A DNA stretch of 64,000 nucleotides from Bacteroidales bacterium (GCA_017549765.1 JAFYNM010000029.1:21024-85023), one strand, 5' to 3'; positions 1 through 9,720 are shown, counted from the first letter of the stretch. Notes: generated by a model not told the origin, from the letters alone. Program-made: numbers and translations.

Positions 1-369
1 CGCAAGAAGATGGTCGGTCTGGCCATTTCCAGCGCCCAACGCGAGGAGATCATGCGTCGTCTCATAGACCAGAAGTTTGTGGACGACGCACGGTTTGCCG
101 CCCTCTTCGTGCGCGGCAAGATGCGCGAGAACCAGTGGGGACGCCTCAAGATCCGCCAGGGCCTCTATGCCAAGGGCGTTGACTCCGCGATCATCGACCA
201 GGCTATCGCCGACATCGACCCCGAGGAGTATTCCAACATGCTGGCCGAGGCGGTCGCCAAATGGAAACGCCTCAACAAGGAAGATGCCGAAGACCGTTCC
301 AAACTGATCCGCGCCCTCCTGACCAAAGGCTTTGAGATGGGCGAGATCATGGCTTTTTTAAACGCATAG
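1..369 (+). CDS. recX: regulatory protein RecX (5' end cut by window edge)
   Basis: Frame open from nt 1. Translation QKFVDDARFAALFVRGK..WGRLKIRQGLYAKGV..LLTKGFEMGEI matches the RecX helical-repeat family. Stop TAG at 367-369. Confidence 0.8.
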   Translation, partial: RKKMVGLAISSAQREEIMRRLIDQKFVDDARFAALFVRGKMRENQWGRLKIRQGLYAKGVDSAIIDQAIADIDPEEYSNMLAEAVAKWKRLNKEDAEDRSKLIRALLTKGFEMGEIMAFLNA

Positions 370-382
370 AACATATCAGAAT

Positions 383-1466
383 ATGATTACCAATGATCAG
401 ATAAAGAGTATCCTTAACAGGCTCGGTGAGCTAAGGAGGTATCTTTGACATCGATGCGAAGCAAGCAGAGATCCAAGAGAAAGAGTCTATCAGCCAACAG
501 GCTGGTTTTTGGGACGACCCTAAGAAGGCCGAGCAGCTGCTGAGAGAGATCGCCCTCGTCAAGTCGTGGGTGAAAGACTACGACCAGGCGGTGGAACAGG
601 GCGAGGAGTTGTCCATCCTGAATGATTTTTTAGATGCGGGAGAAGCCTCTGAGGAAGAGGTGGAACAGGCGTATGACCGTCTGGTACAGATGGTCGAGAA
701 GCTGGAATTCCGCAATATGATGCGCAATGAGGAAGACTCCCTTAATGCTGTCATCACCATCAATTCAGGCGCCGGTGGCACGGAGAGTTGCGACTGGGCC
801 GAGATGCTCCTGCGTATGTACTTGCGCTGGGCCGAACGCAATGGCTTCAAGACGAAGATGCTGGACCGCCAGGAGGGCGATGTCGCCGGCGTGAAGTCAG
901 TATCCGTCGAGGTGGAAGGCCCCTATGCGTACGGCTACCTGCGAAGCGAGATCGGCGTGCATCGTCTGGTGCGCCTCTCACCCTTTGACGCAGCCAACCG
1001 TCGCCACACCTCCTTCGCCTCGGTGTTTGCTTACCCCATTGTGAATGATGATATTGTGATCGATATTAGCCCCGCCGACATCAGCTGGGACACCTACCGA
1101 TCCAGCGGTCACGGCGGACAGAACGTCAACAAGGTGGAGACGGCCGTTCGTCTGCACCACCATCCCTCCGGTATCATCGTGGAGTGCCAGGTGACCCGCT
1201 CCCAGATACAGAACCGGGAGATGGCCATGACGATGTTACGCTCCCGTCTCTATCAGTTGGAGCTGGAGAAGAAACGCGCCAAGATGGCCGAGATCGAGGG
1301 CTCCAAGAAGAAGATCGAGTGGGGCAGCCAGATCCGCAGCTATGTGATGCAACCCTATAAGATGGTCAAAGACCTCCGCACCGGCTACGAGACGGGCAAT
1401 GTGAACGCCGTCATGGACGGCGAGATCGACGACTTCATCAAGGCCTACCTGATGCAAGATCATTGA
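383..1466 (+). CDS. prfB: peptide chain release factor 2, made by a programmed +1 frameshift (383-445 joined to 447-1466)
   Basis: ATG at 383 opens a 21-codon frame ending CTT TGA (443-448). The +1 frame from 447 runs in frame into the 570..1466 ORF, which carries SPF and GGQ ([17 protein letters not shown]) RF2 motifs. Confidence 0.92.
434..449 (+). promoter_or_regulatory. RF2 autoregulatory +1 frameshift site (internal SD-like AGGAGG, then TAT CTT TGA C)
   Basis: AGGAGGTATCTTTGAC has the same architecture and spacing as the E. coli prfB site AGGGGGTATCTTTGAC. Confidence 0.9.
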
Positions 1467-1578
1467 AATAGTGATCATTGAAATAGTGATCAGTGAACAG
1501 TGATTAGTGATTAGTGATCAGTGAACAGTGATTAGTGAACTGTGATTGGTGAATGGTGATTGGTGATTGGTTGTCAGT
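1458..1578. repeat. degenerate heptamer array (consensus GAWYRGT, 17 units) starting inside the prfB 3' end
   Basis: Units include gatcagt, gaacagt, gattagt, gattggt. It opens with an exact 15-nt tandem duplication, GATCATTGAAATAGT, at 1458-1472 and 1473-1487. The first copy contains the prfB stop TGA (1464-1466). Confidence 0.9.
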
Positions 1579-1585
1579 TTGGGGC

Positions 1586-1607
1586 AAACTGCGTCCCCGC
1601 AGTTTTT
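1586..1607 (+). terminator. rho-independent terminator after prfB
   Basis: Perfect 8-bp stem AAACTGCG / CGCAGTTT with loop TCCC, followed by a T-run. Confidence 0.7.
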
Positions 1608-1637
1608 AATTTTTAATTTTCAATTTTCAATTTTCAA
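1603..1637. repeat. heptamer array TTTTTAA x2 plus TTTTCAA x3
   Basis: Five exactly phased 7-nt units read directly from the sequence. Confidence 0.9.
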
Positions 1638-1736
1638 TTGGGAGTTATGAGTCCAAAGTCAAAGTCGGTAGGTCAATGCGGGGCAGGTGTTGATAAGTTC
1701 TTATATCTTTTAATTGCAGGCTAACCATAGTATGAG

Positions 1737-1744
1737 TATCTTTG
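1737..1744 (+). promoter_or_regulatory. Bacteroidetes-type -7 promoter box TATCTTTG (prs)
   Basis: Exact match to the TAnnTTTG consensus, 46 nt upstream of the prs ATG. Confidence 0.55.
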
Positions 1745-1789
1745 CTTTTTGTTTTGACTAATTCTTAAATAAATAAATATTAAGCAGTT

Positions 1790-2722
1790 ATGGACAAAAA
1801 CTATGTATTGGTGGCCGGCCGTTCCAATCCGGAGTTAGCAAAAAGCATCGCAGAACACTTGAACATGCCTCTCTTTCCAGTGGACATTCTCCAGTTCAAA
1901 GACGGTGAGATTCAGGTCTATTACAACGATACCATCCGTGGTAAGGATGTCTTCATCATCCAGCCGACCTTCTCTCCGGCGGACAACATCATTGAGTTGT
2001 TGATTGCCATTGATGCTGCCAAGCGTGCTTCCGCCCGCAACATCATTGCCGTGATGCCCTATTTCGGCTATGCCCGTCAGGATCGTAAGGACAAGCCTAG
2101 AACCTCTATCGGTGCCAAACTGATGTGCAACCTGTTGACCACTGCCGGTGTGAGCCGTGTCATCACCATGGACCTGCATGCCGACCAGATCCAGGGATTC
2201 CTGGAGGTGCCGGTAGATCATCTTTTCGCCTCCAATGTTTTTATTCCATACATCCAGAGTCTGAACAATCCCGACATCATGATTGCCTCTCCCGACACGG
2301 GCGGTACCAAGCGCGCATCCACCTACGCCAAGGCTTTGAATTGCGATTTGGCCATCGGCTTCAAGCAGAGAGAGAAACAAAACGAGGTGGCTTCGTTGCA
2401 TATCTTAGGCGACGTGCGTGGCAAGGAGGTCATCTTGGTCGATGACATCATTGACACTGCCGGCACGCTCTGCAAGGCTGCCGAGGCCATCAAGGCCATG
2501 GGAGCCAAGAGTGTGAACGCCATGTGCGCGCACGGCCTCTTCTCTGGCGAGGCTTTGGAGAGAATTGAGAACTCTGTACTGGAGACGGTGTTGGTGACGG
2601 ACTCCATCCCGTTGAAACGTCCGTGCAGCAAGGTGCGGGTCGTCTCCGTCGCCAAACTGATGGCCGATGTTATCGAGAGCATCGAACAGTGTACCTCGAT
2701 TTCCAAGCACTACTACGTATAG
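1790..2722 (+). CDS. prs: ribose-phosphate pyrophosphokinase
   Basis: 310 aa. Family-typical N-terminus and PRPP-binding loop (VILVDDIIDTAGT). Confidence 0.93.
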   Translation: MDKNYVLVAGRSNPELAKSIAEHLNMPLFPVDILQFKDGEIQVYYNDTIRGKDVFIIQPTFSPADNIIELLIAIDAAKRASARNIIAVMPYFGYARQDRKDKPRTSIGAKLMCNLLTTAGVSRVITMDLHADQIQGFLEVPVDHLFASNVFIPYIQSLNNPDIMIASPDTGGTKRASTYAKALNCDLAIGFKQREKQNEVASLHILGDVRGKEVILVDDIIDTAGTLCKAAEAIKAMGAKSVNAMCAHGLFSGEALERIENSVLETVLVTDSIPLKRPCSKVRVVSVAKLMADVIESIEQCTSISKHYYV

Positions 2723-2737
2723 TCAATCCTACATTAT

Positions 2738-3790
2738 ATGCAAGATATGAACAACCTGGCTGCAGAGGAGATGCCCTCTGTCGGCAAATATGACCTGATT
2801 GCGGAGCTGGCCAAAGGCTTCGTGCAGGAGAACGGGTCCACAGTGTCGGGCATTGGTGACGATGCCGCCGTGATAGATCCCTCTGCTGACTACGTAGTCT
2901 CCTCTTCCAAAGTCTTCATGGAGAATGTCCATTTCGACCTCACCTATGTGCCGTTGCAATATCTCGGCTACAAGGTGGTGACGGTGGTCTGTTCCGACCT
3001 GTTGGCGATGAATGCCATTCCCACACAGATTACCCTTAACGTGGCTATCTCCAATCGTTTCGACCTGAAAGCGGTGCAAGACCTTTTGGACGGTGTGGCC
3101 ACCTGCTGTGAGAACCTCCATGTGGATGTCGTCGGTTTGGACATCACCACCTCCCGTCGCGACCTGATCATCAGCGCGACGGCGATGGGGGAGTGCGAGC
3201 CTGCCCAACTGGTCAAACGGCAGGGCGCGTCCGATAACGAGCTACTCTGTGTCTCGGGCGACTTTGCCGCCGCCTATGCGGGCCTGCTGCTGCTGGAACG
3301 CGAGAAGAAGGTCTTCGACGCCAACCCTGGTGTGCAGCCCGACTTCGGTGGCCAGGACTATCTCTTGCGTCGTCAGTTGCGCCCCGAAGCCCGTCTGGAC
3401 ATTGTCGAGGCCCTGCGTCGCGAGAACATCGTGCCGACGGCAATGGTCAATGTGTGTGACGGCATGGCGGCGGCTCTGATGCAGATATGCCGTGCTTCCG
3501 ACAAGGGCGCCATCCTCTTCGAGGAGCGCATCCCGATGACGGAACTGACTTTCAACACCCTCAAGAGCTTCGACATCGTCCATACCGTCGCCGCCCTCAA
3601 TGGCGGTGACGACTATGAGTTGATGTTCACCATCAGACAGGCCGATTTCGAGAAGATCAAGAATGTTGAGAATGTCTCGATTGTAGGGTATATCAAAGAG
3701 CAGGCCTATGGTTGCCAGCTGCTGACCTCCGACAATCATCAGATTGAAATCAAAGCCCAAGGATTCAGTAAAATACAGCATCATGCATAG
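2738..3790 (+). CDS. thiL: thiamine-monophosphate kinase
   Basis: 350 aa. AIR-synthase-like fold with GIGDDAAVI and VHFDL motifs typical of ThiL. Confidence 0.85.
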   Translation: MQDMNNLAAEEMPSVGKYDLIAELAKGFVQENGSTVSGIGDDAAVIDPSADYVVSSSKVFMENVHFDLTYVPLQYLGYKVVTVVCSDLLAMNAIPTQITLNVAISNRFDLKAVQDLLDGVATCCENLHVDVVGLDITTSRRDLIISATAMGECEPAQLVKRQGASDNELLCVSGDFAAAYAGLLLLEREKKVFDANPGVQPDFGGQDYLLRRQLRPEARLDIVEALRRENIVPTAMVNVCDGMAAALMQICRASDKGAILFEERIPMTELTFNTLKSFDIVHTVAALNGGDDYELMFTIRQADFEKIKNVENVSIVGYIKEQAYGCQLLTSDNHQIEIKAQGFSKIQHHA

Positions 3791-5138
3791 CACGGTCCAA
3801 TTCCAGATTGGAGATGTCTTGATTGGTGGCGATGCCCCGGTCGTGGTGCAGTCGATGACCAACACCGACACACTGGACGTGGCCGCGTCGGTGGCGCAGT
3901 GTGAACGCATGATAGCCGCCGGCGCCCAGATGGTCCGCCTGACCGTCCCGACGATGAAAGAGGTGGATACCTTGGCGCAGATCCATAAGGTCTTGCGTCA
4001 GAAGGGCTATCAGACCCCTATCGTCGCCGATGTCCACTTCAACCCCAAGGTGGCTGAGGCGGTTGCCTCTATTGTGGAGAAGGTGCGTGTCAACCCCGGC
4101 AACTATACCGACAAGCGTGTCTTCGCCTCTTTCACGATGACCGATGCGGAGTATAAAGCCGCTATCGAACGCATGGCCGAGCGGGCACGTCCGCTCCTGG
4201 ACATCTGCCGTGCTCATGACACTGCCATCCGGATTGGCATCAATCAGGGTTCCTTGTGCGACCGTATCCTGAATCGTTATGGCAACACGCCGGAGGCGAT
4301 GGTGCAGTCGGCACTGGAGTGGCTGGATATCTGCGAGGCCGAGGATTTCCATAAGATCGTGATCTCGATGAAGTCGAGCAATGTGCAGACGATGATGGAG
4401 GCCACGCTGCGACTGCATGAGGCCATGCGGACGCGCGGGACGAGCTATCCACTGCACCTGGGCGTGACCGAGGCGGGCTGTGGCATCGAAGGCCGTGTCA
4501 AGTCTGCCGCCGGCATAGGAGCGCTCCTGATGATGGGCGTGGGCGATACGGTCCGCGTCTCCCTGACAGAGCCACCCGAGAACGAGTCCCCATTTGCCCG
4601 CCATCTTGTGCAGACAGTGGCCGCTTTGCGTCCTCAAGACGCCAACGAGGAAGGACAAACGCTCTATTACACTGCTTCCATTCCGGATCCTGAGGAGTGG
4701 CTGATCAGCGCCTCGGCAATGGCCGGCTACGCCTATTACCATCATCATATCAAAGATCTGGTGTTGCAGAACGACTGCATGCCGAAATCTCAAGTCGAGG
4801 AGCTACAAGCGACCATTCTGCAAGCCTGTCGCATCCGCATGAGCAAGACGGAGTTTATCTCCTGTCCCTCTTGTGGCCGCACCCAGTACGATATCCAATC
4901 GGTGGTGGCGCTTGTGAAGGCACGTTTTGCCAATCATCCCGGTCTCAAGATCGGCGTGATGGGCTGCATCGTCAACGGTCCGGGCGAGATGGCTGACGCT
5001 GACTATGGCATCGTGGGCGCCTCGCAAGGACTGGTGTGCGTCTATAAAGCCAAGGAGAAACTCACCAACCCGATCCCCATTCCCGATGCCTTGAATATGC
5101 TGGAAACGTTGATTGCAGAGACGGCTGTTAGCCTTTAG
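3783..5138 (+). CDS. ispG: 4-hydroxy-3-methylbut-2-en-1-yl diphosphate synthase
   Basis: VVQSMTNTDT, VADVHFNP and C-terminal Fe-S cysteines (SCPSCGRT, GCIVNGPGE). I chose the ATG at 3783 (8-nt overlap with thiL). An in-frame ATG at 3744 is also possible. Confidence 0.9.
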   Translation: MHSTVQFQIGDVLIGGDAPVVVQSMTNTDTLDVAASVAQCERMIAAGAQMVRLTVPTMKEVDTLAQIHKVLRQKGYQTPIVADVHFNPKVAEAVASIVEKVRVNPGNYTDKRVFASFTMTDAEYKAAIERMAERARPLLDICRAHDTAIRIGINQGSLCDRILNRYGNTPEAMVQSALEWLDICEAEDFHKIVISMKSSNVQTMMEATLRLHEAMRTRGTSYPLHLGVTEAGCGIEGRVKSAAGIGALLMMGVGDTVRVSLTEPPENESPFARHLVQTVAALRPQDANEEGQTLYYTASIPDPEEWLISASAMAGYAYYHHHIKDLVLQNDCMPKSQVEELQATILQACRIRMSKTEFISCPSCGRTQYDIQSVVALVKARFANHPGLKIGVMGCIVNGPGEMADADYGIVGASQGLVCVYKAKEKLTNPIPIPDALNMLETLIAETAVSL

Positions 5139-5243
5139 CCATTGTCTAGCTCAACTTGAAGCCTGAAACTTTTGAACTTTGTCTAAAACTTTTAACTTCT
5201 AACTCCTAACTGATAACTGACAACTGATAACTGACAACTGATT
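5128..5243. repeat. phased heptamer array (about 16 units, ending in ..TAACT/..CAACT words) spanning the whole ispG-patB spacer
   Basis: Units run ttagcct ttagcca ... tctaact cctaact gataact gacaact gataact gacaact, then gatt and the ATG. The ispG stop TAG (5136-5138) lies in unit 2. Confidence 0.85.
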
Positions 5244-6413
5244 ATGAATTACGACTTTGATGAACCCGTTGAACGGCGTGGCACCTCGTGTGTGAAACAT
5301 GATATGCTGAAGGAGGTCTTCGGCACTCAGGATGTACTGCCCATGTGGGTGGCGGATATGGACTTCAAGACCCCGGACTTCGTGGTCAACGCCGTCAGAG
5401 AGCGATGCCGGCATGAGGTCTTTGGCTACACCTTCGCCCCCGCCCCGTATGTGTGCGCGGTCCTCAACTGGTTTCAGTCACATTACGGCATAGAGGCTAA
5501 GTGGTCGAAGATGCACTTCATCCCAGGCGTGGTGCAGGGCATTGCCTTCGTCTTGCAGGCCTTCACCCAGCCGGGCGACAATGTTCTGGTGACCACTCCC
5601 GTATATCCGCCTTTCCTGAATGTGCCCCACCGCAGTGGCCGACGTTTTGTCAGCAGCAGTCTCAAGACTGTCAATGGCCGTTTTGAGATCGACTACGAGG
5701 ATCTGGAGGAGAAGGCCAAGAGCTGTAAGGTGATGATCTTAGCCAATCCCCACAATCCCGGGGGCACCGTCTGGACTCCGGAAGAGCTGCGCCGGGTGGC
5801 TGAGATCTGCTACCGTCAGAAGGTGCTCGTCATCGCCGATGAGATCCATGCCGACCTGACATTGCCAGGACATAAGCACACCTCATTCACCACCGTGTCG
5901 GAGGAGGCGTTCCATAACTCCATCACCTTCTTTGCGCCCAGCAAGACCTTCAATATGGCTGGATTGGGCTCGTCGGTCTGCTATGTGCCCGATCCGGAGA
6001 TCCGAAAGCGCTTCTTCGGTTTCCTGGACGCCAATGAGTTGTCGCTAGGCCATCTCTTCGCCTATGTCGGAGCGGAGGCGGCCTTTCGCTATGGCGAGGA
6101 GTGGCGCCTGCAACTGTTGCAGTATCTGCAAGAGAATGTGGATTTTGCCCTCGACTATCTTTCTAAACATGCTCCCAAAGTGGTGGCCATGCGCCCCGAG
6201 GCCTCTTTCCTGCTATGGCTCGATTTCAGAGCGTACGGTCTGCCCCACGATGCGTTGGTGCGCATGATGATTGAAGATGCCAAGGTGGGCTTGAACAGTG
6301 GGTTGGATTATGGTGCCGACGGTGAGGGCTTCATGCGTCTGAACTACGGATGCCCCCGCGCCATATTGGAGGAGGGTTTGCGCCGGATCTGCGATGCCTT
6401 GCGCAACCGCTAA
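5244..6413 (+). CDS. PLP-dependent aminotransferase class I/II, MalY/PatB-type C-S lyase
   Basis: 389 aa. N-terminal DFDEPVERRGTSCVKHD..MWVADMDF is typical of the PatB/MalY family. Confidence 0.8.
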   Translation: MNYDFDEPVERRGTSCVKHDMLKEVFGTQDVLPMWVADMDFKTPDFVVNAVRERCRHEVFGYTFAPAPYVCAVLNWFQSHYGIEAKWSKMHFIPGVVQGIAFVLQAFTQPGDNVLVTTPVYPPFLNVPHRSGRRFVSSSLKTVNGRFEIDYEDLEEKAKSCKVMILANPHNPGGTVWTPEELRRVAEICYRQKVLVIADEIHADLTLPGHKHTSFTTVSEEAFHNSITFFAPSKTFNMAGLGSSVCYVPDPEIRKRFFGFLDANELSLGHLFAYVGAEAAFRYGEEWRLQLLQYLQENVDFALDYLSKHAPKVVAMRPEASFLLWLDFRAYGLPHDALVRMMIEDAKVGLNSGLDYGADGEGFMRLNYGCPRAILEEGLRRICDALRNR

Positions 6414-7828
6414 TCGAAATACTCGTCTTCAAAATTCAGTAGCCATACCTGCTCTGTACTGCGGGTAAGAGCGGTGTAAAGCCAACGGAGGTACTCTTTG
6501 TCGAAGCCGTCCTCCGGCACAAAGCCTTTGTCTATGATGACCTGCTTCCATTGTCCGCCTTGGGTCTTGTGGCAGGTGAGGGCGTAGGCGAACTTTACCT
6601 GCACGGCGTTGAGGTAGGGGTCGTTCTTGATGCGGATGAAGCGTGCCCTCGGGTTGGTGATCTCCTGATAGTCCTCGGCGATGGCCTGATACAGTCGCTG
6701 GTTGTCTTCATAAGGCAGAGAGGCACTCTCGATGTCCAGACTCTCCAGAATGATCTTGATGTCGATATTGGGCTCGTCGGGGTAGTCGCACAAACGGACG
6801 GTGAGGTCGGCGAAATGAAAACCGTAGATCTCCTGCTGCCGGTGGATGCTCATCACCTCCATGATGTCGCCATTCGCCAGAAAGCCCACTTCACTGTTTT
6901 CGTCCACCCAGTAGTAGTTGTTCTTGACCGCCATGAGGAAGTCGCCCGTGGCGATCTGGTTTTCCCGGAAGTGGATGCGCCCGCGTATCTCTTGGTTGAA
7001 GATGTTGGCCCGTTTGTTGGAACGCGTGATGGTGACGATCTCTTCGGAGGCATATTTCCCGTACAGACTGTTGTACAACTCTTCGAGTTCCCCGCCGTTG
7101 ATACGGGTGACGTCGGGCATCGGCTGGGCGCTGAAGAGGGGAGGGAAGTAGTCGCCCTGCTCGATCTTGCCACGCAGGTCGGTGGCGGAAGCGAGGATGC
7201 CCGACTCCTGCGCCTGCCGCACCACGTCGGTGAGCCGGCAGGTGTAAGGCACCACATCGTAGGTGTGCTTCATGTAGGTCGTGTCGAGGGCAGGACTCTC
7301 CACGGCATGTACCGGCGGCAGCTGTGCATCGTCGCCGATCATCAGCAACCGGTTGTGGGGCGACGAATAGACATAGTCGATCAGGTCGTCCAGCAGACTG
7401 CCCATGCCCAGACCGTCTATGTTTGCTTCGGCAGAGATCATGGAGGCCTCATCGACGATGAAGAGGGTATGCTGGTATTTGTTCTCCTTGCGCAGGAAGT
7501 AATGCTGTCCGTCGCGCTGTGCCAACCGGTAGATCCATTTGTGGATGGTGTAAGCCTTGCGTCCCGTGTATTGCGACAGTACCTTGGCGGCCCGACCCGT
7601 GGGGGCTAGCAGAACGGTGCGTACATGTAATTCGTCTAAGGATTGGACCAAAGCACTCATCAGACTCGTCTTGCCCGTGCCGGCATATCCCTTCATGATG
7701 AACAAGAATTGTTCGCCCTGATCGTAGATGAATTGGGATAACTGCTGGATGGCCGCTGCCTGCGAGGGCGTCGGCACAAAGGAAAAATGGTGGTACAACC
7801 GTTGCTCAAAATCCTCCCGCCTGCTCAT
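6410..7828 (-). CDS. SF1 RecD/Dda-like ATP-dependent DNA helicase (AAA family ATPase)
   Basis: 472 aa. Walker A GYAGTGKTS, LAPTGRAAKVL, and a C-terminal YALTCHKTQGGQW motif. Confidence 0.8.
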   Translation of the reverse strand: MSRREDFEQRLYHHFSFVPTPSQAAAIQQLSQFIYDQGEQFLFIMKGYAGTGKTSLMSALVQSLDELHVRTVLLAPTGRAAKVLSQYTGRKAYTIHKWIYRLAQRDGQHYFLRKENKYQHTLFIVDEASMISAEANIDGLGMGSLLDDLIDYVYSSPHNRLLMIGDDAQLPPVHAVESPALDTTYMKHTYDVVPYTCRLTDVVRQAQESGILASATDLRGKIEQGDYFPPLFSAQPMPDVTRINGGELEELYNSLYGKYASEEIVTITRSNKRANIFNQEIRGRIHFRENQIATGDFLMAVKNNYYWVDENSEVGFLANGDIMEVMSIHRQQEIYGFHFADLTVRLCDYPDEPNIDIKIILESLDIESASLPYEDNQRLYQAIAEDYQEITNPRARFIRIKNDPYLNAVQVKFAYALTCHKTQGGQWKQVIIDKGFVPEDGFDKEYLRWLYTALTRSTEQVWLLNFEDEYFD

Positions 7829-7831
7829 GGT

Positions 7832-9706
7832 CTATTTGTCCATTCCGGTGTAAATCAAAATGTTGCCGTCCTTATAGTAGATGTCGTTACGATACTGCAT
7901 CCGCCCTTTGTCATCCAAGAAACAGGTGTAATATTCAATGTACAGCGGCATCTGCTTTTTAAGGTGTATGCTGGTGGGCATCAGCTTGCGGTAGAACTGT
8001 TTGTCGTAATCGGAGAGCTTCTCATAGCGGATGGAGTCTTGCTCTTCGAGCTTCTCTAAATATTTCTCTCCCTTTTCGGTGGTGGGCTCTTTGCCCATGA
8101 TGATGTCTATTTGCTCTTTGCGGATGGTGTCGAACTCGTTGAGGTCGTAGATCACCTCGGCCAGCTCAAAGGGATTTTCCACGCGGATGCAGCCGTGCGA
8201 GAGCGCGCGCACCCTGCGCTTGAAGGCTCCTTTGTTGTTGGTGTCGTGTAGATAGACGGACTCTGTGTTGGGGAAGCTGAACTTGATCTGTCCCAAGGCA
8301 TTATAGCGTCCTGAGGTCTGGTAGAGCCGATAAGGGATGTTCTGCTTGTTGACTTTGTTCCAGTCGATGGTCTCAGGTTTCACATACTGACCGTTGCGGG
8401 CGTCTTTGATGTACAGATGCTCTTTGTTGACCACGGCTGTGTTGCTCTTGCAGAGCTTGTAGTAGTATTCGTTTTTGATGATGTCGTAAGGGATGCTCCA
8501 CTCAGGGTTGAGGACGATGTAGTTGATTTTGCTGTAGAGCAGCGGGGATTCGCTCTTGGCGGCGAGGATGAGGCCGTTGGACTTCTTTCGCCAGGAGGCA
8601 TTGGCAGGATTGGCCGTGCGTCCGCAACAGATGCGCGTCCTGAACGCGACAGTGTCCTCCACAAAGGTGCAGAGGGTGAAGTCGGGAATGTTGACAGCGA
8701 TGAAGGTCTTGTCTTTGGCGGGAGTGACGTGCCAGCGCAGACGTTCCATATTGGCTGAGAGACGGTTGATGTAGTAACTGGCATGACGGTTGAGCTTCTC
8801 CACAGTCTCTTTGTCGAGGGTGTCGCTCACCGGAATGGCATTGTCGGCGCGGAAGAGGTTGACAGCTTCCAACACTTTCGGGGTGAGCCTGTTCGTATCA
8901 GTTGCTGAGGAGTCCAAGACACCCACCCATTTCAACCGTTGACAGAGTGTCCGATAAGAGGCCCCCTCCGATTTCTTGTACCAGTTGCCCACCAGGAGGG
9001 TGTCGGTCTCCCTTTCAGCTTTCTGCATCCAACCGGCCAGCTCCTGCTGATAGCGTTTGTATACAGGGTCTTGGATCTGCATCTCTTCCATGGATTTTTC
9101 CAGCTTCTTCATTTGTGCAAGTGTCTCTTGCACAAATGTGGTGTCCGGCTTCTCATACTTGTAGAGCCACTTGCCGCCGTTGACGACCTTGGGGTCGCTG
9201 ATGCCGTAACGCATCGTGGTGGCATAACGAAGATATGACTTGGTCATGGACAACTCCAAGTCCATCAGTCGTTGGTATAATGCACTGTCTTGATTCACTA
9301 CGAGATGATTCTTCAGAGAGTCGATAGTGGAGGCGATGTGGGTGTAGGCGAACTGCTCCGGGTTGATGCCGTGCGACCTAGCATCTCCAAGGTATTGCAA
9401 TAGGGTGCCGCTTAAAGATTCATCCAGTCCCTTGCTGGTCCAGAAAGGCTCGTAGTCACGCTGTGCGTAGAAACTGCGGATGCCATACTGGATGTTGGAA
9501 TCAGGATCCGTGAACTGCGGAATCTGCTGCTGGTAGAATGTCTGCTGCTCTTGGGCAGAATAGGCCGTGTAATACTTGAACCACGAGGGCTTGGGATGTC
9601 GCAGACTGTTGTCTTGGCAGGAGGATAGGTTGAAGATGCACACCAAGCCTATCGTCAGGGCGAGCAGCTTTCTCTGGAAAATACCTTGAGGTTTCATGTG
9701 TTCCAT
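7832..9706 (-). CDS. L,D-transpeptidase family protein (YcbB-like), probable lipoprotein
   Basis: 624 aa. Signal with LSSC lipobox. YkuD catalytic motif LHDTNNKGAFKRRVRALSHGCIRV. Confidence 0.85.
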   Translation of the reverse strand: MEHMKPQGIFQRKLLALTIGLVCIFNLSSCQDNSLRHPKPSWFKYYTAYSAQEQQTFYQQQIPQFTDPDSNIQYGIRSFYAQRDYEPFWTSKGLDESLSGTLLQYLGDARSHGINPEQFAYTHIASTIDSLKNHLVVNQDSALYQRLMDLELSMTKSYLRYATTMRYGISDPKVVNGGKWLYKYEKPDTTFVQETLAQMKKLEKSMEEMQIQDPVYKRYQQELAGWMQKAERETDTLLVGNWYKKSEGASYRTLCQRLKWVGVLDSSATDTNRLTPKVLEAVNLFRADNAIPVSDTLDKETVEKLNRHASYYINRLSANMERLRWHVTPAKDKTFIAVNIPDFTLCTFVEDTVAFRTRICCGRTANPANASWRKKSNGLILAAKSESPLLYSKINYIVLNPEWSIPYDIIKNEYYYKLCKSNTAVVNKEHLYIKDARNGQYVKPETIDWNKVNKQNIPYRLYQTSGRYNALGQIKFSFPNTESVYLHDTNNKGAFKRRVRALSHGCIRVENPFELAEVIYDLNEFDTIRKEQIDIIMGKEPTTEKGEKYLEKLEEQDSIRYEKLSDYDKQFYRKLMPTSIHLKKQMPLYIEYYTCFLDDKGRMQYRNDIYYKDGNILIYTGMDK

Positions 9707-9720
9707 GGTTTGAAATGTTG

